Positions 47,056 through 62,000 of a stretch of DNA of 64,000 nucleotides are shown here, in pieces. Location: NCBI GenBank assembly GCA_051362555.1, contig CM120640.1, forward strand, positions 36,103,967-36,167,966, in the 5' to 3' direction. The position numbers and the translations under genes were made by a program. The notes beneath the pieces are model-generated. The model was not told the origin of the DNA and did not search any database. It saw only the letters and a list, made by a program, of their open reading frames with translations. Origin of the DNA: Lingula anatina. Its lineage: Eukaryota > Animalia > Brachiopoda. How positions within the stretch are numbered: position 1 is the stretch's first letter; each line of letters opens with the position of its first letter.

Positions 47056-50000
47056 CCGACCACAATGCACTTTATAAATGAATATATTTACTTTATAAAT
47101 CTATTATTCGAATGGATCCTGGATAAATGAAAATGGAAAATCGGGGCCTACACATGTACGACATGAGCAAAACGTTGTGCAACCGTGGGACTGAAAAATC
47201 CCTATTAAATCAGTTTGACACGCAACTCAAAGTTTTCATGGGGCTTTAAAAGCAATCTTTTATTAATTTCTTAAGTGCTGTATAACATTGAAGGAAGGTA
47301 TCTTTAGAAACATTTCAAAATAGGATGTGCTTGCTTACACGCCCAGTTTTTGAGAAATGTTGACATACTGGTACATGCACAGATGCACTAAGGATAGCGG
47401 TTTATTATCATCTAGATACCGAAAATGAGTTTTTTCCTACCTCTGTGCTGATTTTAAACAATGTTAAAAATAAAAAAATCCCTTTGAAAATATAAAATAT
47501 CGTCTATTATATTTCTCGTTGCTATGTATAAGAATAGGCAACTCAAAGCTTTTATCGTCAGTTTAACATCTTTCTATTTTTATATGAAATTACAATCGAT
47601 ATGGGGCGTAACTTCATCCCAGAATGAAATTTTATCACAAAAATTGGCATAGTTGACCACAAGTGTATGGGTTACAATCACGTTCCACTATTTTGGTTTA
47701 AATGTTTTTGTTATGGGGTTATTAGCCCCTAATTGCAGTTTTTCAATAAACAAAGGCATTATTTTGCTTTATCAACGATAAAATCTGAACTAAGGCTTTG
47801 AAGAGAAATTGTTAGTTTAGATCCAGTGTAGGCCTACTACTAGTAGGCTATATTTCAAGAGCTGCAAGGGACCTTAAGTGTGATTTTTCAGAAATCGAAC
47901 GGGGGATCAGGACCCCCCTGACACCCCCCCCCCCCTAAATCCGCCACTGGAATCCATATTTGTTCGTTTAAATGCGTGAAGTAGAAGCGGATTTTCTAAT
48001 GGTTATCATATGTATGCTGTTCAGTAGTTTAGTCGACGTCTTGTTGTTTACGCCAAATGCGCCATCTATAATGTAGTGGATAGTGTTGAATGAAAGTTCT
48101 GACAGCGTGGTCTTTGAATTTATCCCGTTCTATGACATGGTTTTAGAAGTCGGGTGGACAGATGAACTCTAGTGGTACTAGAGACACATTTGTAAGAGAG
48201 GAAAAACAAGTGTTTCGAAGTGAGCGAAAATGAGAAACGTCATCAGGTTAGAGGTAAGCATAAAGCTCAGTCAAGTGTGTGTGTCGGTGTGTGTATGTGT
48301 GTGTGTGTGGGGGGGGGGGGGTCTGTCTAATTTAGGATATGTGTCACCCTTCGCCCAAAACTAACAAACAGGATTGGGTAGGATTGATTTATTCATTAAA
48401 TTTTAGCAAATTTTATCCAGAAATTAATGTTCTTACATGTTGTTTATATTCCAGCACAATCAAGCAAGTGCAGAGGCAACGTTTGTTACATTGAGGATTC
48501 TAGTTTCACAGACTTTCAGAGTGCAAGGCAGAGATGCCAGTCATTTGGAGGCGATGTGGTTATGGTTGACACACTTGAAGAGAGAAGATTACTGACTGAA
48601 ATATGTCTTCGTAGTAAGTATTTATGTATTACTGGAACTAGATATCACATAATGACAAATGTGATGAGATATGGGCCCAATGTGAGCGAATGGCTTTATA
48701 ATATTGGTCCAATGTGACTCATTGGCAATTTAATTGACTTGACTTGCTATCTGAGTTTGCAGTACAAAGTTGCACCTTGTAAAACTTCAAGAAGAATGGC
48801 TCATGTGGTACAGGTCCTGTTCCAGTTTGTCCTGTATTTTGGTACTATAAATCACTCTAGTTAGTTCAAACATAATATGCCAGCCACATGTACATATGTA
48901 GCTACTGTATATGCTTTTTTGTCTTAATAGAAAAAAGGGCACAGTGATGGTGCCAGTAATGATATGTTCAGACATATACTAGTATCTCTCCATAAAAAGA
49001 TGACTAAAAAAAATTAAATATTGTAGTTAATGGGAAACCACCCATGACACCGTTATGTACTGTAGTACAGTGCATAAGTAATTTATGCATTGTATTAATA
49101 GCTATTATATAGTTTTATTAAATTACAGTATGGTACTGATGAAATAGTTTTCTCAGTCATTTTGTTGTACAATATAGTACACAATACAATAAAGTTTATT
49201 TTCATGTTGGAAAGAATGAAAGTAGCTATTAAATAATGATACATTGTTTACTACTACTTTTTGTAATCCATTAGGTAACTATACTGCACCTTATCTACTG
49301 ATGGGAGCAACTTACAATTCAGAACACTGGGTGTGGTTCACTGGAGAAGCAGTAAGTCCATCAGTCATGTCTTGGGCAGTTGGGCAGCCTGAAGATCCTT
49401 CTACACAGCCATATTTGTGTATTGATTCCACAACTGGTCTTTGGCATGATTGTGCAAGTGATTTAGAGGGAGTTTTGTGTGAGACCAAACGCTCATCATT
49501 ATGTCTAGGACTGGGCTGCTGCTCTGGTCAAAATAATTCCTGTAATGTAAACTTACCTATACTTGGCAGGTGTTTTTGTGATGAACATTGCTTAAGAGCA
49601 AACGATTGTTGTGAAGACTATGTGGACACCTGTGTAGGTATGCAAATTTTGTTTTTATATTTTACTAAAAATTTTGTATTTTATATGTAAAGAAATGTTG
49701 TTTAATGTCAAATGAACTACTAGTACTAAATCAAGCTCCTGGCCAATAAACCTTCTTGCACCATAAAAACATTTTTTTTCATACAGGGCATCCATGTACA
49801 GTACAGTAGTAGGATGATTTCCACACTGAAATGCATATTCATGTTAAATTTGTTTCTGATGGTAATACATTTATTCTTTCCTCAGTGATTGATGAGTGCT
49901 TTGCTTACACAACTGTTACTGGTGAAATATCAAGAAGTTCTATGTACCACAAGAATTCTGTTCAAGCAGTAGCATGTGATGATAAAATAGACCACGGCTG

Positions 50001-50683
50001 GTTTAGATTTGACATGATAACTGGGAATGATATGCCTGTGACCTGCCATTTTGAAGGTGACTGTGGTACAGATAATCCCATATGGCTTAATGGTAGGTAC
50101 CTTTAAATATATATATATATCTTTCATTGTTATAGACAGGCACTGTATATAAAAAGTGTCTGAATAGTGTCTATATATATTCTGATTAGTATGGCTGTCC
50201 ACAGTCTGCCTCTCCCCGTCGTTGCTGTCGCCATCCCTGTCACTATCCACGTTTTCCTCATAACTGCCAAACCATATTTTTGTTTTACTTTAAATTTACT
50301 GAGTGACCTTGTTTGGTAAAGAGGCAGGATGTGTTTACATTTTTCGGTAATTATTCTGTTTTTTTCCACAATTTTTTTTGACATTGGCCCCATAACTTTC
50401 AAACTGTATTTTTGTTTTACTTTCAATTTACTGAGTGGCTTTGTTTGGTTAGGGTGCAGGATTATAAAAAAATCGGCATGGTCGCTTTACATTTACAGTT
50501 ATTATTCTTTTTTTTTTGTGTGTAAAATTTTTATTTTTCACACATTAACATTTCCATTGGCTTTTATATCCCATATGGAACTGAATCACTTCCTAGGTTT
50601 TCAATGGCCAATCTCTCTCACCCTCTCACATTATGTACTACAGGTAACATGGCCATTGAAAACCTAGGAAGTGATTCAGTTCC

Positions 50684-50721
<38 letters not shown>

Positions 50722-53700
50722 ACTGAATCACTTCCTAGGTTTTCAATGGCCATGTTACCTGTAGTACATAATGTGAGAGGGTGAGAGAGATTATGCTGCT
50801 TGAAGGCATTATGTAACAGTGCGTCAAAATTGGCCAAAATATTATTGTTTGCACTTTTTTTTTTTGCATAATGTCTGAACGCTTGTCAGCTTTTCTGCCT
50901 TGTTTCCTGTATGGTGTCTGTATGTTTGTCATCTTTGCTGTCTAGTCATAGAAATGTGTCCTAAATGTGTATACCAACTCAGAAAACTGTAATCAAAAGC
51001 TCACGTAAGGTGCATTCACAATGAATCTGTCATACTAACTATGTAGTGCGCACTAATTCCACTGGGACTCTCTTGGCATTGTGAGAGAATATAACCGCCG
51101 AGGGGGGGGGGGGGGGTGAGTTCGAAAGAACCACTCTTTTTGGTGGAAAAATGTCCACTATGGGTGAAATTTATCTATCTACTTGAGGATTTTGTGGTAA
51201 AAGGTCCACTTTTTCAGAAAACGACCCTCCCCCCCCCCCCCTCTGAAATTGCTGGCTACGGGCCTGCCACCTTATAACTGTAGTGAATTAGAGGCCAATT
51301 GAATGATGTGATTTTATAGTTTTTTGAAAATTGCAAAGGGGCTTTCCAATGTAAAATAAAAAAAAATTCCTGTGACTGGATCCAATCCAGGTAAAACATG
51401 TTTTGTGCAATGTTATCCTATGGGGATTTTTTTTTAATTTCAGGATTTTTTATTCAGAATAAGATCAGGGCCATCACCTAAATTTGGTGGTCAGATCTGG
51501 GTACCAGCACAATGATTCAAAAAAAAAAAAAAAAAAAATCAGAACAATACATTCAGTATTATGAGCCAGATAGTGTAAACAGACATACCTATAAACAAAC
51601 ACACAAGCACACACACACACACAAACCGACCAAACAACATACCTTGCAATTCTGGAAAGGGGATTTCAAAAAAAAAAAATAATAATAATAATAAAATAAA
51701 ATAAAATAAAATAAAATAATAATCCATCATGGAGGTCATGAAATAACAAAGAAACATTACCATTATTACTAAATAGGGGAAGTTCAAGCACTTAATTACT
51801 TTATCACAATTTTTGTATCACAGGTTCCTTACCCTCTGCTGCTGATGGTGTCATCAACAGAACCGCATGTGTAAAGAATTCCACAGTTTGCTGTGCCAAG
51901 ACGTATGACATACAGATTAAGAACTGTTCTACATACAATGTGTATCATCTGCCACCTGTGACTCAGTGTCCTGAGCGTTACTGTATAGGTCAGTGCTTGT
52001 CTCGTAATTTTTCATTGATAATGAATTAAGATACATATACTAGTTGCTATATGTATCTTGGTACATGTATTTACAATGTATAAGGTGACTGTTTGATTGT
52101 AATTTGTCATTTGTTCAAGTTTTCACCATGGCACAAAATACACAAAATAAACATTAATGCTATATATGGGCATGTTAGTATACAGCAATTTTATGCATTG
52201 CATGTAACTGATGTAAAAGTGATTGCACTGACTGTAAAATTTAATAAGATGCACATTTTTAATGGTTGTACATGTAAAAAAAATTCTTATTTCCTCATCT
52301 GGTTTACAATTCATTTAGGTGGTAAGGCACTCTGCCCCCCAGGAACTGTCTCAGAAAATGGATTTGAACCAGGTTGCTCAGGTTAGGTCCATACATTTAT
52401 TAAATTTAAAGAGTTATGCATATGATGAAGGTTTTATAAAGGTCACACTTTGTCTAGCACTTGACAAGCATAAAAGTATACTAAGATGGATAAATTAAAT
52501 AATTGAATATATTTACTCAGTTTTTAAGAATTGGCAGCATTTGGTTAACTCATATTACAGTAAAACAAAAGGGAGAACAACTGTTCTTATTATATACGTA
52601 TTTCACATTAAATACATTGTAAACAACTCACAAAAATATGATAAATTCTATTTTACCACCAAAACGGTGGTTATTCTGGAATTTGTGCTTGCCATCAGAT
52701 CACGTTACCTCCATAGATGGCTACACTCTGTAATAATCTCTAAAGGGAATATTACAAAAATAAAAACAAAAAAAAACTTTTTAGGAAAAAACCAGGGACT
52801 AACTTTGAATGTCGGAATGGATTCATTAACCAATGGTCAGTATGGTAAAATTGTCGTTTACCCCAGGAAAATCCATTTTTTTTGGCCAAAATGAACCTTT
52901 TAACAAACATCCCTTTAAATAAACAGTTTGCGTATAAAAGTTTTCATTTTGTTAGATAACTTCCCAAATATAACGCAGCAACCAGACATTCAAGTGGATG
53001 AAAGAGTTGCACGCTATATTTTTGGAAATATACCAAAAAAAGAGCTTATGTTCACCTGCCTGCCCTACTATGATGAAGTTCCTCCAGAGCGGCTGTCTCA
53101 GCTTGTCTTTGATGTGGAATGGTACATTGATTCACAACTTGTCCATGAGGAGGACAGCGTCAATGTTACTGATTTGCCTGCTCAGCTCAGAGAAAGTGTC
53201 TGGCTGAGCAAATCAATTACTTTGGGTTTTCAGGTAAGAGAATATGTGATATTTTTATAGCTTTTATAGGCTACATTTAAAAGCAGAAATTTATCAGAAA
53301 TAGTTTTTCTGGGGAGAGTATTGTTTTTCTTAAAAAGTAATGGTATAAAAAATAAAGAGAAAATTGTCCAAATATAATGTTCTGTAACTATTGGTCAGTC
53401 ATAAAACTTTTTAAAAAGAGCGTTTAGAGCTTTTTAAAAATCACATGCTGCAAGAGCTTATATTTCTTAGTTCTCATATGGGGCTGAGTATTCAAAAGAT
53501 ATTTCTCCAAATGTTTTAGGCCTTGCACAATTAGGTTTTAATTAAAGCTGGTCATTAGATCTTAATGTGGTGAAACATGAGATACAATTTCACAAAAATA
53601 ATCGGGTGCAAGTCCATAAGCAGCAGCATGGTATATTAAAAGTTTGAATAAAATCCGTGCATTGACAGGTAACCAGTGAAGTTTTATTAAAATTGGTGTC

Positions 53701-56700
53701 ATGTGATTCCCCACAGAAGTTCGAGTAAGAAGACGAGCTGAGATATTTTTGATGCGTTGAAGTTTCTTTCTTCTTTCTATGCTGCAACAGCAGAGTTAGT
53801 TAGATTGTTGCGCAGAGTACTGATGTTTCTGATATGATATATGCAGGATTTTTTTTGCATATTTGGCTGTTTATTTATGGTTGAGGTGGTATTAAAGTAA
53901 ACGCCCAAATATTTTTTATGGTGTGAAACTATGAAAATCAGATTTGTAGAGATGGTCTTTCAGCTAAATGTTTAGAGTTTAGTTGGGTGATAAATTCTAT
54001 TTAACCATCATATTTAATTTACCTGCAAGGTACCTACAGTAGTTCCTGGTGCTGCTGTCAGTCAAGGTACCATACTGTACGATTTGAGGCCAATTTTTGG
54101 TATCAAATTTTATTCAAAGCCAGTAGCTTGTATCAGAATCTCAACTAATATTTACCTTTTTACTGAGCCATATAAGATGTTTAAAAAAAATTATCATTCC
54201 AGGTAAAATGCAGAGTAAAGGGAAAGTATGTACAAGATGGACAACAAGTTGGTGCCAGAAGTTTAGCTGTTGAAAGTCCAGAGTTTTTTGCAGGAATAAA
54301 GGTAAATGTTGCATTAGTGCCTGAAAAAAAAACTGACTACTTAAGAAACATGTTGAAATTTATTATTGTTATTATCATAAATAATAATAATGATAATTGT
54401 AATTATTTTTATACCTTATTATTTTATTGCAGTAAACTAATTATACCTTATTATGCTATTGCAGTAAACTAAAGTTTGACAAGAATATACATAATGGAAT
54501 GTTACAATACTATATAATGAGATGACATTAGACTATACAAAACAATAACAGTAAACTTCAATATAACTATGTTAATAAGGTATTTTTGTTTACCATACAC
54601 TGACATATTACACCTTATAGATGTAAACTCAGTATGTATGTGTACACTTAGCATTATGGTTATAGTCAATATTTTTATCATTATATCTGGAGTATTGATT
54701 ATGGATTTTATTGTTTTATTACTTTGTTTACATTTATAGTGAGCATAGAAAGATTTTTTTCTTTGATTATGCTGTACATATCTTTATTTCAGGTGCTGAA
54801 TTCAAGTGACTTTCCAATTAGAATGAAAGAAAATGATCCCAATCCTGCCATTATAGCTTTTCAACCAACAGTGCCAATCCTGTGCACAGACAGTCCATCG
54901 CATGGCTTGTTTTGCGAAGACATCTTCCTCCAAGTGGAAGTCCGCATTCCACAACAATGGAAACAAGCACTGTGTCCATCAGAGGGTGGAGTTAGTCAAA
55001 TACAACAAGTGGTGGTGGAGGCATGTGGCATAGAGATAAATGCTAAGTACTGGAATAAAACTGTCACCTTGAAAATAGCCCCAGTCATAGATGGAATATA
55101 TGATGGAAACCAAATCACCAAAGTGTTGCTGTCAACAGCTGAGTTCAATGATCATCAAGCCTGGAGCAACTACAGACTACCAGATATACCAGTAAGATTG
55201 TTTTTTATTTTAAACTGGTTTTACATTAATGATGAAGTTACAGTTGTATATACCCATATAAGGATTTATAGCTGCCGAACTGCTTTTTGGATGTATCATT
55301 ACTACAATTGTTCCCTGGGTTCAGCAGGGGGGTGTTTAAAGATGAGGGGGTTGTAAAGGGCATTGCAGCCCACATGTTTTTTACAACTTTTAAGGAACTT
55401 GGCCACTTCTATGAAAGGAAAAAACTGCAAAAGTGTGTGTATTTGCTAGGGAGTAATGTAATGAAAAATGGTGGCAGATACTATATAATTATACAGAATT
55501 ATTTTTATTGCTTCTTGTAACGGATTAACTGATTTTCATAGGTATTGGTGGTTGATGCAGACATAGCTTTACAAGGACATGTTTGTATGGCAAACAGTGA
55601 CCCACACATGGTGACCTTTGATGGAGTGTAAGTATCAAAATGTGTGCTTTGTATGTTATATCAAGGAATCTGATAACCTCAATTATACTTAAATTTTGGA
55701 ATTGAGAAAATGCCTTGCATATGCAGATGTTTCTATACATATAGCTGTCACCAGTCCTTGCTGTCATATCCGTGCGCTTTCACTGATAACATGATTAGTA
55801 GAAAACCATTTTACCTTTTGGCTTTAAACTTACAGAACTGAAAAATATTTATAAAATGCAGGTTTAGGTCGAAAATCAGCTTCATCTAACCATTTTTCAA
55901 AAAGTTATGCTGTTTTTTGCTTTATTCAGTGTTTATGCAGTACAGATTTCAAGGAAAGTACACATTTCAAGGAAACTACACATTTCAAGGAAATCCAGTT
56001 GGCCTTTTGTCTTGAAACTCACAGGAGTGATCAGTCTTACTAAAACAAAGGTCGAGTTAAAAAAATCGGCTTGATGGACCATTTTTCAAAAAAAGTTATG
56101 CTTTTTTTTTGTGCTTTTTTATGTACAGACACAGATGTGTCTGTACATATAGCCGTCATCTGCGTCTGTCGTCGCCGTCGTCGCCGTCGCCGTCGTCGCC
56201 GTGCACTTTTACCGATAACACGATAAGTGGAAAACTGTTTTTTCTTTTGGCTTGAAACTTACAGAACTAATGAATATTCATAATACGCAGGTCAAGTTCG
56301 AAAATCAGCATGATCGGGTCACTTATAGGGAATTTATGCTGTTTTTTCACTTTTTTCAGCATAAATGAAGCACCGATAACACGATAAGTGGAAAACTGTT
56401 TTACTTTTTGGCTTGAAACTTACAGAACTGATGAATATTCATAATACGCAGGTCAAGTTCGAAAATCAGCGTGATTGGGTCATTTTTAGTGAATTTAGGC
56501 TATTTTTTCTCTTTTTTCAGCATAAATGCAGCACCGATAACATGATAAGTGGAAAACCATTTTACTTTTTGGCTTGAAACTTACAGAACTGATAAATATT
56601 CATAATACAAAGGTCAAGTTCGAAAATCGGCATGATTGGGTGATTTTTTAGTGAATTTAGGCTATTTTTTCTCTTTTTTCAGCATATATATAGCATCGAT

Positions 56701-58987
56701 AACACGATAACTGGAAAACCGTTTTGGCTTTTGGCTTGAAACTTACAGAACTGATAAATATTTATAATATGCAGGTCAAGTTCGAAAATCAGCATGATCA
56801 GGTGACTTGTAGGGAAGTTAAGCTGTTTTTTTTTTTACTTTTTTCAGCATATATGCAGCACTGATAACACGATAAGTGGAAAACCGCTTTACTTTTTGGC
56901 TTCAAACTTACAAAACTGATGAAGATTCATAATCCGCAGATCAAGTTCGAAAATCAGCATGATCAAGCCATTTTTAGGGGAGTTATGCTATTTTTTCACT
57001 TTTTTCAACATATATGCAACACTGATAACACTATATAAGAAAAACAGATAGGCCAATTGTCATTATACTTACAGGAGTGGTCAATCTTACTAAAATGCAG
57101 GTTGAGTTGGAAAATCAGCATAATCTGGCCATTATTTTAGAAGTTATGCTGTTTTTTCATATTTCCTCAGATTCAATTCTTAAGCATGTTAACAGTCTCA
57201 TTATTTAACTAATATGATACGTAAAAGTGTTTGTTTGATATTTCCTGCATCTTTACAACATTGTTAGTTGATTATGTAAAAATGATGGTAAACTTGATAT
57301 CGTGTATTGTGTAATAAAGTGTCAAAAATGGAAATAAACTCATATCATATCATATTGCAGTTTGTTAGATTCAATCATCAACTATGTTCAGAATCTCAGA
57401 ATGGAGGAAATTGGACATTTAACACTGTTCTATTGATATTTTTCCTATCTCATCAATTTTCTTAGTTGGTCATATAAAAATGGAAGTATACTGTTTATTT
57501 TGTTTTGTTTAAAAAGTGTTAAAATGTAAATAAACCCATTTCAGAACAGTGCTGTCTTTTTTACAGTTTGGCATTTTTAAGATGTGACTTTGAAGTTCCA
57601 TGAGCCTGCAGATCTTTGCTAGTCACATTTTCTGAATATCCATGATACTAATATTTTATGATTAAAAATTGATGGTCATTATGCTGTTAAACATTATGTA
57701 ATATTGCATCAAGATTCGAAGAAACCCATATTTTGGGCACTGCTCCCATGATGACCATTTAAAGAAAATCATGTCACTTACTGTTATCAAACTTACAGGA
57801 AAGAAATGTGGGTCTAAAATACAGCTTCAGTAGGCAATGCAGTCTGTTTGGTAATTTTTTCTGGCAGTTAAACAGTTTTTTGTGAAAATTTAATTTTTCA
57901 CTTATTGGCATTTTCAAGGTGTGATTTTGAAGTTCCATGATTCTGAAGACCTTTGCTTGTCATGTTTTCTGAAAGTCCATGTTACTAATATTCTATTAAA
58001 TAAAAATTGATGGTCATATATGCTGTTAAGCATTATGTAATGTTGCTTCAAAATAGAAGAAAACACAATTTTTGGTGCTGCTGCCATGATGACCATGAAG
58101 GGAAAACCGTGTTACTTATGACTGTCAAACCTTAAAAAAAGAAACACTGTACTAAAATGCAGCCTGAGTTGGAAAAGCAGTCTAATTGGCTTCTTTTTCT
58201 GGAAGTTATACATTTGAGTGAAATATTCATTAACTTTTTGACATATTCATTGTGGGACTCGGAGCTCCCATGGACATGAAGCCTAATGGTAATCAAATTT
58301 TCTACATGTCCATGCTATTTGTAATCAATAATCAAAAATTGGTGATAATTATTCTATAATATATTATGCAATGTTACATCAAAATTTACAATAATCTTTT
58401 TGTACTGCTACTGCAAACATTATGAAAAGAAAACTGTGTTACTTATTATTATTTTTAACTTATGAGAATGATTTTTAGGATTGGCATGCAGTTAAAATTA
58501 GAAAGCTAGGTCAATTGGGTTATCGTTTATAATTGAATTTATGCAATTTTGTGTGAAATTTTCATTTTTTTATTCTGGCACTTTCTAAGTATAAACTTGA
58601 ACTCTGATGGGCCTGAAGCCTTATGCTTTTACTTTGGTTGGTGTTACCTGCTGTGCATAATTAAAATATGATGTTGACTTTGCAGTTAAACATAATGTAT
58701 CATTTCATCAGAATTGGTAGTCTCCTATTTTGTGCATTATTGTTTTGTGCTTTTCTTAAGATGTGACTTATGGGCCTGAAGGGTCTTTGAGAGGGTCAGT
58801 CTGTAAATTTCCCTTGGGTATCACTTAGCTAAGCTCTGAGTTATAAGTAATTTGCCTAATTGATTATTAATAGGCCATTAAATGAGATTACATAAAGCAC
58901 ACTTGTTGTAAACTCCCAAAGGTTAAGCTCTCTGCTAGATTAATAATAAGGAAGCAGTGATAATTATGGAGGTAAATTATGCAGGTA

Positions 58988-59038
<51 letters not shown>

Positions 59039-62000
59039 CAACAATTGCTGCCTGGGCAGAGGTCTGCACTCTCGGAGTGCTTTTCTAGTTTTGTTTATTT
59101 TCCTTAATAACTTTTTTTCTCAAACACTTGCATTTGTGATATTTAACCGCCTGAAGCTCTGCACATTTTCTGTATTTCCACATAAGCAGTTGTATGTTAT
59201 TTATGTTTTCAAACATTATGTAATATTATTTTATGCACTGTCATCATTTTTCAAATATTGAGACTTTCATCATGTGACTTTGGTCTCTCATGGTCCTGAT
59301 ACTGTAATCTTATTGAAGGGATGGATTGAGACCATCTTCTGGGTCAGCTTCCAGAAGACGTTAGGATTTTTAAGTTTATATTGACTGATATTTATTTTTT
59401 TTTCTGTTGGAAGATCATCAAAATAGAGGATGGATCAACAAAGATACTTTGGAATACTGTCAGAAAATATCTCTGGGTCAGCTCCTGTTATTGACCATGT
59501 TACCTGTTGTGCATGATTAAAATTCAGTGTTGACTAACAGTGCTATTATAAGCATTATTTATTATTGCATCAAAATTGGCAAAATGACCGATTTTGCATC
59601 ATTATTTTCTGTTTTTTGTCTGTACATTTGACAGCTTTGCTGCCTTGTTTAGTATATTTTATCCACCATTTTGCAGATATCATGAAAACAGTATCTTTTT
59701 TTGTTTTACAACTTGTAGGACTGGTTCAAGGAATCATATATATATATAGATCAAGTTAAAAAATAAGCTTGATTGGTTCAGTTTTGATGAGCTATGCCTT
59801 TTTTTGTACATTATTAAGTGGTTTTTCCTTTTTCCTTCAATTCTTAGGCATGTTAAGTCTCATAATTAGATACATAAAAAGTGTTGTTTTTTTACATTTT
59901 CTCCATCTTAACAATATTTTTAGTTGATATAAAAATAATGGTAAACCTGTTATTGTGTATTGTGTAATAAAGTGTCAAAAGTGGAAATAAACTCATATAT
60001 CATTGCAGTTTGTCAGATTCAACCCTTCACAATGTTCAGAATCTCAGAATGGAGCTAATTGGACATTTAAAATTGTTCTATTGATATTTCTCCCATCTCA
60101 GCAATTTTCTTAGTTGATAACATAAAAATTTCAGTCAATTGACTTTTTTGTTTTAGGTTAAAAAGTGTTGAAAATGGAAAGGAACTCATTTCAGTACAGT
60201 CATCTCTTTTTTACATTTTGGTCTTTTCAAGGCAGACATGCTGAAACTGTCGGTCTGATCGGTCATGCCCGGTATAATTTGTCTGGACCGGTAAAAAATT
60301 GGACTTGGTCAGCCCAAAGGACCGATAAGAGTTTTAAGAGCCACCATTTTGAATTTACAGTCATCATTCAACATACTTCACTAATAAAATAATATAAAGC
60401 CCTAAGTGTTTTTTCCCTTCCATTTCAAACGGACCACATTTACAAAGTAAGCTACCTAATCGTAGTATCTGTCTCAAACAAATAGGGTGATTTTTGGTCT
60501 GGCAAAAATCCATTTGGTCCAGCAAATTTTTCATTACTGCCGGTCCAAATGTCCGGCCATTCTGAAAAGTTTTCAGCATGTCTGTCAAGGTGTGACTTTG
60601 AAATTCCATGGGCCTGAAGACTTGTTAGTCACATTTTCTAAATATCTGCAGTGCATTATTAAAGATTGGTGGTGATTATGCTGTTAAGCATTATTTAATA
60701 CTACACCAAAATTGAAGAAATCCTTATTTTGGGCTCTGCCTCTTAAGTCATTTTCAAAGTGTGAACTTGAAATCTCATGGGCCTGAAGCCCTATGCTTGT
60801 TACACATTGTACTTACATCGGTATTACCTGTTGTGCATAATTAAAATTTGTTGTTGACTTTGCAGTTAAGTATAATGCATTATTGCATCAGAATTGACAG
60901 TATCCTATTTTGTGCATTATTATTTTCTGCTTTTTGTCTGTACATTTGACAGCTTTGCTGCCAGGTTTTTACGTAATGTTCTCCAGTAAATTTTGTAACC
61001 CCTTTTGAAGAATTTCTATAAAAAATTATTCTTCACATATTCCAGTGGGTATGAATGCCAGCTTCCAGGAGAATTCATACTGTATAAACACCAAACACTA
61101 CCAATCCAGGTATGATTACATTGTATGACATTTATACCCTAAACCTTTGATGTAGGTGGTACATATATGCTTGGTGTCATCAAATTTAGTTTCACTTCCC
61201 ATTTTTTTTTTTTCAAATTTGTTTGGTGTTATTATTATTATTTCATATCTTGTCTTGTATTCTTGCAGTAACTACTACTGTAGTATGCACTGTGATGTAA
61301 TTTCAAACCTAAGAATGGTAGGTTGGCATAGTACTTTTTTTATAAAGGCAATAATTTTCTCTGTATAATTTCCTTACCTGGTCTCCATATTTCTCATTTC
61401 TTTACAGGTGCATGGTTTCTTCAAAAAGTGTAATGGTGGATGGGCTTTTTGTCCCTGTGCTGTCACAGTCATGTCAGGGGGCGATCTGTTTATATTTGAC
61501 AGATGCAGATCTGGAACAGGATCTGAAACTACTAAGGACATTAAAAAACCAATGCGTTCAGGACTTCTTGGTTGTGAACATGGACAAATGAGAGTGGAGT
61601 CTTTTAATAATGCAAAAGACTACAAGGTTTGAGCTTTATTTTAAATGCTAATTTATGATACTGAATTACAGGTTACTAACTTTAAATCCACAAAACTGGT
61701 TTTGTAGTTCACCTTTTAATGAATGATACTTGGATGCTTCCTTTGCTATATAACATAGGCTAAGGCTGTGTTTAAGAGTATAAGTTATAGTACTAGCAGG
61801 ATCAATGTATCTCATCGGGAATTCTTTTTAGGGCGCATTTGATGTAATCAGTTTCCTTGTTTGGCCTGCCCCCATGCAAAGCAACATGAACAGCATCATG
61901 GATCACAAAGTTTTCCCAACTTTACCCAGGTACTTAAAGTTACGGGGGGGCATGCCAAACAATTAAGCTGATTACATTGACTGCGCCCTAGCAAGAATCA

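Larger units (their letters stand above)
40069..53314 (+). repeat. Tandem segmental duplication, unit 2
   Basis: Second copy of the Caprin last exon and 3'UTR, the intergenic spacer and VWDE-like exons 1-7. It is longer than unit 1 because of insertions. Confidence 0.95.
57170..60960 (+). repeat. Old degenerate intronic repeat blocks
   Basis: 57172-57750 is repeated at 59836-60740 (interrupted by a MITE). Recurrent GTGACTTTGAA..TCCATG.GCCTGAAG segments at ~57585, 57920, 58590, 60590 and 60760. Confidence 0.7.

Noticed and set aside
56200-57160. Regular array as CRISPR or coding repeat
   Set aside because: Whole ~162-bp units are homologous with no unique spacers and no ORF, so it is a satellite.
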